In this document: one piece after another, positions 46,767-54,204 of the stretch
Layout: every line of letters starts with the position of its first letter
How positions within the stretch are numbered: the first letter of the stretch is position 1
Origin: Tepidisphaerales bacterium
GTDB lineage: Bacteria; Planctomycetota; Phycisphaerae; Tepidisphaerales; Tepidisphaeraceae
Direction of reading: 5' to 3'
Assembly: GCA_038210015.1 (NCBI GenBank)
Contig: JBBQXB010000010.1
Span: 4,082-68,081, forward strand
DNA length: 64,000 nucleotides
Translations under genes and position numbers: made by a program
The notes under the pieces: model-generated
Database searches by the model: none
What the model saw: the letters and a program-made list of their open reading frames with translations, nothing else
What the model was told of the DNA's origin: nothing

Positions 46767-47716
46767 GCCGATTTCCCTTCACCCGCAGGCTTTAGCGCCA
46801 GTTTTGCCAATCCGATCCATGATTTAGCAGCCAGCGGATCGCGCATCGCGGCGCGCCAGCCGAGGGAAAGCGATTTACGCTTTTGCCCGGCGCGATGCGC
46901 CCGCCAGGCGTCACCGATCAGAATAGACGCCACCTGATGCCTAGTCTTTCGCACGATGGTCGTGCCTTCAACCGGCGTCGGCGCGCGACCGGCCTGCAAA
47001 TCATCGGGCTGGCCGGATCGACGTTGTTTGAGAAAAGTCGCGGCACACTGTTCAAAGAACTTTCGTTTGGCATCCGCCTGCGAATGCGTGATCGACGAAT
47101 CGTGCAGCCGATATAGATACGCAATCGTCGGCTGATAACCGATGCGGGTGATGTCCGCGAGTCTGAATTGTAGATCGGCGTCTTCGCTGGTCGCAAACCA
47201 CTCGCGACAACCACCGATCGTTCGCAAAAGCTCGGTGCGAAACAAATAGGCACACATATGCGAGCGGCCAGATGCGTTGAGCAGCTCGTCGGTGACATCC
47301 AGCGGCGCATCGGGGTGAATACAATCGCGGATCGCGCGATCGCGCGGATCGATCATCGTATAAGCGCCACTGATCGCACCGAAATCGGCATGATATTGCA
47401 AGAAGTTTGATTGCCACGACAATCGGCCTGCTGGGTAGAGATCATCCGCATCGCACCGCGCCAAATATTCACCCTTGGCCGCTGCCAGGCCTGCGTTGAA
47501 GGCGGCACTGATGCCGTTGCGAGGTCCGTCGATCATGCGAACACGGGCATCTCCGATCTTGCGAACGGTTTCTGGCGATTGGTCGGTCGATCCGTCATTG
47601 ATGACGATAATTTCAAGAGCAACATCGTGCTGGGCGAGAATCGAACGCAAGGTCGATGCGATAAACGGATCGCCATTTCGCATCGGGATGATGATGCTGA
47701 TCAGCGGTGTGTTCAT
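46763..47716 (-). CDS. glycosyltransferase family 2
   Basis: Carries ISIIIPMRNG and IIVINDGSTD. The start ATG at 47716 overlaps the upstream stop (ATGA). Confidence 0.85.
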   Translation of the reverse strand: MNTPLISIIIPMRNGDPFIASTLRSILAQHDVALEIIVINDGSTDQSPETVRKIGDARVRMIDGPRNGISAAFNAGLAAAKGEYLARCDADDLYPAGRLSWQSNFLQYHADFGAISGAYTMIDPRDRAIRDCIHPDAPLDVTDELLNASGRSHMCAYLFRTELLRTIGGCREWFATSEDADLQFRLADITRIGYQPTIAYLYRLHDSSITHSQADAKRKFFEQCAATFLKQRRSGQPDDLQAGRAPTPVEGTTIVRKTRHQVASILIGDAWRAHRAGQKRKSLSLGWRAAMRDPLAAKSWIGLAKLALKPAGEGKSA

Positions 47717-49662
47717 GACGCACCGCCTGCGGGTTTTGGCGCGGCTTTGAGCATTGGAATCAACAACAATTTCCACGCGGCCAATTTCGTCGGTGCGGAT
47801 TTGACCGCTGCCCAGCCATAGGAGCGCGCGGTAGCGCGTTGGCCGCTATTCCAAGCCCACCAGCCGAATTTAAGGGTCTGACGCAATTTGGTATCGGCAT
47901 CGTCCTGCGCTCGCCAGCCGGCGGCGCCCTTGAACTGTCGATCGGTGATACCACGGCGTACCCAGGCGGTTTCGCAAGCGCGCTTCATATTCGCAACCTG
48001 CATCGCCTGTTTCTTTTCGCTGACGCTTTTATCATGCAGGCGATATTTCAGGATCACATCGGGCAGACACGCCAACTCACCGACTTCGCCAAGCCGCAGC
48101 CAGAAATCGAGGTCTTGGGCGACCAGATACGATTCGTCATACCCGCCGATTTTCAGTGCCGCATCGCGGCGATACATCGCCAGCGGATGACAGATCGGGG
48201 TTGTTCCGTCGAGGCATTGTTCCTGCAGGTTGGCGTTGTCGGTGGGTGGCCGGAGAATCGTCAGCAGGCGATCGTGCTGATCGATGAACTCATGCGCTCC
48301 GCCGAGCAGCACAACCTGCGGATGCTGGCGCATGAACATCACCTGTTTATAAAGTCGTTGCGGGTCGGCCAGATCGTCACCGTCGAAGCGGGCGATGTAA
48401 GTGCCGCATGCTAAATGCAGTCCTTCATTCAACGAAGCGGTCAAACCCTTATTGGGGCGAATTACAAGCTTGATGCGCGGATCGCCGGCTGCGTATTCAC
48501 GTAGGATGTCAGTTGCGCCGTCGGTCGATCCGTCGTCGATGATGATGAACTCAAAATCGCCGAACGATTGGGCGAGAATCGTGTCGATGGATCGGCGTAG
48601 GTAATCCTTGCCGTTATACACCGCCATCACGACGGAGACTTCGGGTTTATCATCACGATCGACCGGCGTGCGCGTGTGCGTGCCGGACATCGTGATGAAC
48701 GACCCGGACGGCCATTGGTCGAGGCGGGGTTTTAGGCGATCTCCCAGCCGATGCCGAAAGCGCAGATACAGGCGATATTCAAGATATTGTTTGTTCGTCA
48801 CCAATCCAAGCCGCTTGGCGGTTTGCCACGTCTCCATCGCAGCGGTCCGATCACCGGCGTGGACGAGTTGCTTGGCGACCAGCGTGAGTTGCCCAACGAG
48901 CAACGTTTTGCGCCGCAGTGTCAGCATCTTTCGATCGCGCAGCAAATTATGGATGCGCTCGATCATCACCTTACGGTGTTTAAGATGCTCCGCCGATCGC
49001 GATTGTCCGCCAATCGAGTCGCGCGATTCGTCCGGCGCACGCCAGTAAAAATCCGGCGCACCGGCGCGGGCATAGTTACAGCCGTTGATGATCGCGCGGA
49101 GGTAGTAATCCCAATCCTGACCGCTACGTGCTAGTTCGTCCCAGGCGCCGATTTTTTTGATCGCATTTTGAGTAAGGGTCGCGCCGGTGGTTTGCCAGGG
49201 AATGTCTTTTCGCAGGTAGCGGTCGATATCGGGTTCGTTGGTGTCGGCGTTCCAAAGCAATGGCGTATCGCCGGGCGATTGTTTGAAGACAAACCCATTG
49301 GTGACGAGAAAATCGAGTTCGGGACGTTGACGAAGAATATCGGTGCGTTGTTGCAGGCACTGCGGTGACAGGATGTCGTCGGCGTCGAGGAAAATAATCC
49401 ATTCCCCGCGTGCGATTGCGATGCCTTGATTGCGAGCCGCACACCCGCCGCCGGGGGTTGCGGGGTCGCGCGGGATGTATTGGATGCGGGTATCGGTCAG
49501 CCAGCGTTGCATCCGCATGGCGGTGTCGTCGGTCGATCCATCTTCAATGACAATCGCCTCCCAATGCGGATAGGTCTGCGCGACGATTGACGCCAGCGTT
49601 TCGTCGAGCAACGGCCCGCGGTTGTAAGTGGGGATGATGATGGAAACGACTCCGCGACGCAT
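47713..49662 (-). CDS. tandem double GT2-domain glycosyltransferase
   Basis: There are two GT-A modules. The first has VSIIIPTYNRG..VIEDGSTDD..LDADD. The second has VSVVMAVYNGKDYL..IIIDDGSTD..FDGDD. Confidence 0.85.
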   Translation of the reverse strand: MRRGVVSIIIPTYNRGPLLDETLASIVAQTYPHWEAIVIEDGSTDDTAMRMQRWLTDTRIQYIPRDPATPGGGCAARNQGIAIARGEWIIFLDADDILSPQCLQQRTDILRQRPELDFLVTNGFVFKQSPGDTPLLWNADTNEPDIDRYLRKDIPWQTTGATLTQNAIKKIGAWDELARSGQDWDYYLRAIINGCNYARAGAPDFYWRAPDESRDSIGGQSRSAEHLKHRKVMIERIHNLLRDRKMLTLRRKTLLVGQLTLVAKQLVHAGDRTAAMETWQTAKRLGLVTNKQYLEYRLYLRFRHRLGDRLKPRLDQWPSGSFITMSGTHTRTPVDRDDKPEVSVVMAVYNGKDYLRRSIDTILAQSFGDFEFIIIDDGSTDGATDILREYAAGDPRIKLVIRPNKGLTASLNEGLHLACGTYIARFDGDDLADPQRLYKQVMFMRQHPQVVLLGGAHEFIDQHDRLLTILRPPTDNANLQEQCLDGTTPICHPLAMYRRDAALKIGGYDESYLVAQDLDFWLRLGEVGELACLPDVILKYRLHDKSVSEKKQAMQVANMKRACETAWVRRGITDRQFKGAAGWRAQDDADTKLRQTLKFGWWAWNSGQRATARSYGWAAVKSAPTKLAAWKLLLIPMLKAAPKPAGGAS

Positions 49663-49665
49663 GGG

Positions 49666-50571
49666 TCAGTGTCCTCTCCTGGCGCAGTACCAGAGTTTCC
49701 AAGCCGCCAACGAGAAGGGTTTGAGCCGCAGCAGTTCCTTCGCGTGTCCGCGTGCGGCATCGACGCGGCGGAGTTTGAGCGCCCGCCAGCCCCAGATGCG
49801 AATCTGTTCGTGCGCTGGTTTGGGTCGCCAAGCGGTTGAAAAATCGAAATCGGGCACGGGCAATTTGTGCAACTGATGCGCCTCGATCAACACCTGCTTT
49901 TTCAGCCGAAATTGATTCTCGCGTTTGGTATGAGAGATGCTGCCGGTATCGCGACGGTATTTTAATAACTGCTGTGGCAAATTTGCGACCCGGCCAATCG
50001 TCGCGAGGCGCAGGAACAAATCCAAGTCTTCGATATTGTTGTACTCAGATCGATATCCGCCGATTTTTGTAACGGCGTCTGCGCGATACATCGTGACCGG
50101 ATGCGGGATGCAGCCGCCTTCGCCTTTCAGCAACCGTCGAAGCAGCGTCTCATGATCGGTCGGGTAGGGCTGGTCGCCGATGTGAACGCCGTAAGGATCA
50201 ATCAATTCAACACTTGCGCCAAGTAGCACCACTTCGGGATGCTGATTGAGATAGGCGATCTGTTTTTCAAACCGATCGGGAAGCGACACATCATCCGCAT
50301 CCATTCTCGCGATCAACGGCGCCTTGGCGGCGGCGAGTCCTTCGTTGAGCGACAACGTCAAACCCTTGTTAGGACGTGAGATAATGCGAATCCGTTTGTC
50401 CTGTTTTTCGTACTCGCGCAGGATCGACAGCGTTTGATCCTTACTGCCATCGTCAATAATAATGAACTCAAAATCAGCGAAGGTTTGCGACAGGATCGAA
50501 TCGACCGATTCGCGCAGATATCGCTGGGCGTTGTAAGCGCTCATCACGACAGAGATCGATGGGGTGTTCAT
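49666..50571 (-). CDS. glycosyltransferase family 2
   Basis: Carries ISVVMSAYNAQRYLRESVDSILSQTF..FIIIDDGSKD..MDADD. Confidence 0.9.
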   Translation of the reverse strand: MNTPSISVVMSAYNAQRYLRESVDSILSQTFADFEFIIIDDGSKDQTLSILREYEKQDKRIRIISRPNKGLTLSLNEGLAAAKAPLIARMDADDVSLPDRFEKQIAYLNQHPEVVLLGASVELIDPYGVHIGDQPYPTDHETLLRRLLKGEGGCIPHPVTMYRADAVTKIGGYRSEYNNIEDLDLFLRLATIGRVANLPQQLLKYRRDTGSISHTKRENQFRLKKQVLIEAHQLHKLPVPDFDFSTAWRPKPAHEQIRIWGWRALKLRRVDAARGHAKELLRLKPFSLAAWKLWYCARRGH

Positions 50572-51596
50572 GCTGCCTCCGTGTGAGGAGTAACAGGCGA
50601 ATTAAGATACGTCGTCGACTTGCTGACAAAAAACGGTTTCGGCCAGGCTTTGGTCAGACGATGGCGCAAGGGGTTTTGCAAAAAACCAAAACGCGACAGC
50701 GCCAGATAACGGGTGCCTTGCTTCATCTGCTTAATATTAATCAATCCCAGATCATACGCTCGATGCCACACATCGCGGGCTTCTTTTCGCGAAACACGCT
50801 TGGCAATGCGCTCTGCCGATTGCCAGAACAAGCCTGCCATCGCCAAACGGTTGGGTTCGGTGAGTTGATGCGCGTTTGTCAGCAGTTTGACGACCCGCAC
50901 ATTAACGCCGACGCGCGCGCGGAGCAGTTTAGGGTTGGTCGCGTTTTTACCGATTGATTCGCGATCGGCCGCAGGGCGACGCCAGTAGTGATCGGTCGTG
51001 CCAAAACGTGCGTAGTTTAGTCCAGCCAGCAGCGCGCGGATGTGGAAATCCCAATCCTGCGCTACCGGCACGTCTTCCGGCCAGGGAAGTAACTTTTCAA
51101 TCGCGGCGCGTCGCCAGATCGGCGAGGTCGTCTGCCACGGCACATCGACTGCGAGAAATCGATCCAGATCACGCGTTTTAGTTTCGATATTCCACAACAA
51201 TTTCAGATCGCCGGGTGCGGACAAAAAACACTCGCAAGGCGTAACCGCAAAGTCGAGTTGCGGATGATCCCGCATGAATGCGATGCGTTGCTCAAGACAG
51301 TGTGGTGCGAGCAGGTCATCTGAATCGAGCAGGATGATGTAGTCGCCGGTGGATTGTTCGATGCCGATATTGCGGGCTGCCTGCGCGCCAGAGCGTTTGT
51401 CGGGGACATTTATTAAGCGAAAGCGGGGGTCGTCGTTGAGGATCGGCGCGAGTTGCGTCTGCGTATCGTCGGTGGAGTGGTCATCGACGATCATTGCTTC
51501 AAAATCGCCCATCGTTTGCGCACGAACTGAAGCGACGGTCTGCATGAGCAGATCGCCGCGGTTATGGGTGGGGATGATGATTGAGACTGATTGCAT
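50568..51596 (-). CDS. glycosyltransferase family 2
   Basis: Carries VSIIIPTHNRG..MIVDDHSTDD..LDSDD. The second Met (MQSVSIIIP) is preferred as the start, so that the upstream palindrome is fully intergenic. The track ORF extends to 51611. Confidence 0.85.
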   Translation of the reverse strand: MQSVSIIIPTHNRGDLLMQTVASVRAQTMGDFEAMIVDDHSTDDTQTQLAPILNDDPRFRLINVPDKRSGAQAARNIGIEQSTGDYIILLDSDDLLAPHCLEQRIAFMRDHPQLDFAVTPCECFLSAPGDLKLLWNIETKTRDLDRFLAVDVPWQTTSPIWRRAAIEKLLPWPEDVPVAQDWDFHIRALLAGLNYARFGTTDHYWRRPAADRESIGKNATNPKLLRARVGVNVRVVKLLTNAHQLTEPNRLAMAGLFWQSAERIAKRVSRKEARDVWHRAYDLGLINIKQMKQGTRYLALSRFGFLQNPLRHRLTKAWPKPFFVSKSTTYLNSPVTPHTEAA

Positions 51597-51683
51597 GGGG
51601 CTTGGGGGCATAGGGCTTGGGGATTGGTGGGTGAGAAATGTTGCCTTTCCCTAATCACCAAGGCCTAAGCTCCAAGCCCCACC
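51597..51683. repeat. GGCTTGG/CCAAGCC heptad palindrome filling the wzt-GT2 gap
   Basis: The left arm is GGGGCTTGGGGGCATAGGGCTTGGGGATTGGTGGGTG. The right arm is CCCTAATCACCAAGGCCTAAGCTCCAAGCCCCA. G-runs and CCAAG recur with a 7-nt period. Confidence 0.6.
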
Positions 51684-52940
51684 TTAATTACTCCACGAAC
51701 AAGGCAAGATGACGACGCTTTGTTTGCCGGTGGGAAGTTTGCCCGTTCCCAACACGTCATTGAAAACGACTTCGATCTGGGCGGCGCGATCGACTTTTTC
51801 CAGCATGTTGTAACCGTCGGCCAGCACAAGATCGATCGTGTAGCTCGACGGCGCAAGCGGAAGGGCGGGGACTTCGCAGTGGATCGTCATTTCATCCGCG
51901 CCACGGAAAGTCATGCCTTTGTGATATTCGGTATGGAACAGCGCCACCCGTTGCCCGCGGGAGTTATTTAGTCCGATGCCGAGTGTCAGGTTACCGGGGA
52001 CGTCGGCGAAATTTTTCATCGTGACATCAAATCCGACTTTCGTGCCGACCGGGATCATCACGCTGGGACCAGTTTCGGAATGGATGGTGATGTCGTGGAA
52101 GATCGGCGCGTGGCCTTCGATTTTGTTTGATCGCGGCTTTTGTGAAAGCGGCAGATTGTCGCCGGCGGCGGCCTCGTCGAGGTAGGCGCGGATGCCTTCT
52201 TCGACCGATACTTTCGCTCCGGCGCGGCCTTTTTTAACGTGAACGACGGTCGTACACAGTGACGCGATTGCGTCCATCGAGTGGCTGACGAATAGAATGG
52301 TTCGGCCTTGACGCATCACGTCGTTCATCTTGCCAAGACATTTTTGCTGGAACGCCTGATCTCCGACCGCCAGCACTTCATCAACGATCATGATTTCCGG
52401 ATCCAGATGCGCTGCGACACTGAACGCGAGGCGCACATACATGCCTGAGGAATAGCGTTTGACGGGAGTATCGAGAAACTTTCCGACTTCGGAGAATTCG
52501 ACGATCTGATCGAATTTTTGTTTGATTTCGCCGCGCCGCATGCCGAGGATCGCGCCGTTTAGGAAGATATTTTCTCTGCCGGTGAGTTCGGGATGGAAAC
52601 CGGTACCGACTTCGAGCAGCGAGCTGACGCGGCCGCGCATCACGGCGCGCCCGGAAGTGGGTTCGACGATGCGGGACAGCACTTTAAGCAATGTGGATTT
52701 GCCTGCACCGTTGCGTCCGATCAATCCGACGACTTCGCCGCGCTCGACGTTGAATGAAACGTCGTTGAGTGCCCAGAAAACGTCGTCGCCAGAGGAATAG
52801 TCCTCGTTAAACTTGCGCGCAACGCGTAGCGGATTCCGCGCGAGGTTTTTGAGCGTTGATCCAAACGAATCGCCCTTGGCCGCCAGACCAATGCGGTAGG
52901 CTTTGGAGATGTTTTCGACGCTGATGGCTGGGGTAGTCAT
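51684..52940 (-). CDS. wzt: polysaccharide ABC exporter ATP-binding protein with a Wzt_C-like carbohydrate-binding C-terminal domain
   Basis: Walker A GRNGAGKST, signature YSSGM, Walker B IMIVDE, plus a ~170-aa beta-rich C-terminal extension. Confidence 0.9.
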   Translation of the reverse strand: MTTPAISVENISKAYRIGLAAKGDSFGSTLKNLARNPLRVARKFNEDYSSGDDVFWALNDVSFNVERGEVVGLIGRNGAGKSTLLKVLSRIVEPTSGRAVMRGRVSSLLEVGTGFHPELTGRENIFLNGAILGMRRGEIKQKFDQIVEFSEVGKFLDTPVKRYSSGMYVRLAFSVAAHLDPEIMIVDEVLAVGDQAFQQKCLGKMNDVMRQGRTILFVSHSMDAIASLCTTVVHVKKGRAGAKVSVEEGIRAYLDEAAAGDNLPLSQKPRSNKIEGHAPIFHDITIHSETGPSVMIPVGTKVGFDVTMKNFADVPGNLTLGIGLNNSRGQRVALFHTEYHKGMTFRGADEMTIHCEVPALPLAPSSYTIDLVLADGYNMLEKVDRAAQIEVVFNDVLGTGKLPTGKQSVVILPCSWSN

Positions 52941-52948
52941 TAAAAAAT

Positions 52949-53021
52949 CGTGGTTCGTGATTCGTGGTTAGTGGCTCGTGGTTTTGGATCACGAATCACG
53001 AATCACGAGACACGAACCACG
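52949..53021. repeat. CACGAAT/ATTCGTG heptad palindrome filling the wzm-wzt gap
   Basis: CGTGGTTCGTGATTCGTGGTTAGTGGCTCGTG, then GTTTTGGAT, then CACGAATCACGAATCACGAGACACGAACCACG. The outer 11 bp pair perfectly and the inner pairing recurs every 7 nt. Confidence 0.65.
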
Positions 53022-53023
53022 CC

Positions 53024-53989
53024 TTAGGCGATATCCGCGAAACGTCTTTCGACTCGCTTGAAGTAGAATAATCCGACGACAAATAACAGGCTGCACAGGA
53101 CGATTGAGCTGCCGAGTTGGAGGAGCTGCCACGGTTCACCAAGGATCGCCGAGCGGAAGCCCTGCACGATGCCCGCCAGGGGGTTCAGCGCCAGCCAGTT
53201 GCGGTAGTCGGAGACGGTTCCGTCCGAATGTTTGAAGATGAAAATCGTTTGCGGATAGACAACGGCGGTCAGCCAGATGCCAAGTTGTGTGATAAACGGG
53301 ATGATGAATCGCAGATCGCGGAACATGATCGTCATCGCAGACAGCAAATAGGCAGTCCCCAACGCCGCGACCATCATCAAAACAAACAGCGGAATCACAA
53401 AAATGATCTGCCAACTCGGCATAAACGCGCCGTGGGTGCTAAAGATGTAATAGACGATCATCAGCGCGAAGACCGCGCTGGACATCAGGAAATCGACCAC
53501 CGCCGAGCCGATCATCGCGGTGGGGATGAACAGGCGGGGCATATAGATTTTACTGAGCAGCGATTGGTTGTTGACCAGCGACAACCCGCCGCCATTGATT
53601 GCGGTTTGCAGGAAAAGCCACGGGAGCAGGCCGCTATAGATATAAATCGGGTAGGGGGTGGTTCCGACGGTTCGATTCGCGAACCCGGCGAATTTACCGA
53701 TGACGGTATAGATCACCACGCTGACCAAAGGAACGACGATCGCCCAGGCGGCACCGAACATCGCCTGTTTGTATTTGACCTTGACGTCGCGCCAGATCAA
53801 AAACAGCAGTAATTCGCGGTGGCTGACCAGTTCATGCCAATCAATGCCGATCCAGCCCTTTTTCGGGCGGATGACGGTTTCCTGATAGACCCGCTCGGTT
53901 TGATTATCGGCGGATGAAACAGGTGTGTTGCTTGCGGTTAAACTCATAAATGCTTGCGACATAAATACCTGTCTGCGCCTTACAATCAA
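53024..53989 (-). CDS. wzm: ABC-2 type polysaccharide exporter permease
   Basis: Six TM helices. An LLFLIWRDVKVKYKQ motif is typical of Wzm/TagG. The start is uncertain (TTG at 53989, or ATG at 53962 or 53947). Confidence 0.85.
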   Translation of the reverse strand: MIVRRRQVFMSQAFMSLTASNTPVSSADNQTERVYQETVIRPKKGWIGIDWHELVSHRELLLFLIWRDVKVKYKQAMFGAAWAIVVPLVSVVIYTVIGKFAGFANRTVGTTPYPIYIYSGLLPWLFLQTAINGGGLSLVNNQSLLSKIYMPRLFIPTAMIGSAVVDFLMSSAVFALMIVYYIFSTHGAFMPSWQIIFVIPLFVLMMVAALGTAYLLSAMTIMFRDLRFIIPFITQLGIWLTAVVYPQTIFIFKHSDGTVSDYRNWLALNPLAGIVQGFRSAILGEPWQLLQLGSSIVLCSLLFVVGLFYFKRVERRFADIA

Positions 53990-54204
53990 CCCAAAGCGCC
54001 CAAATTGCGCGATGTTTCACTGAAAGGGGTATCGGTCGAATATCTGATTGAGTTGAGACAGAAACGGACGTTCACCCAATCGTAACTTCATACTGGGTAG
54101 GCAATTGGGCGCAATTTGACCGGTATGGTCGCGCGAAAACGATGCAAATCATCGCTTGTAGTCAGCGAGGATGTTTTTTATCGGACGGTTGCAGCAAATC
54201 CAGC

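Noticed and set aside
53117-53812. 231-aa plus-strand ORF (R/D/H/Q-rich) opposite wzm
   Set aside because: Its composition is implausible for a real protein. The opposite strand encodes a six-TM ABC-2 permease.
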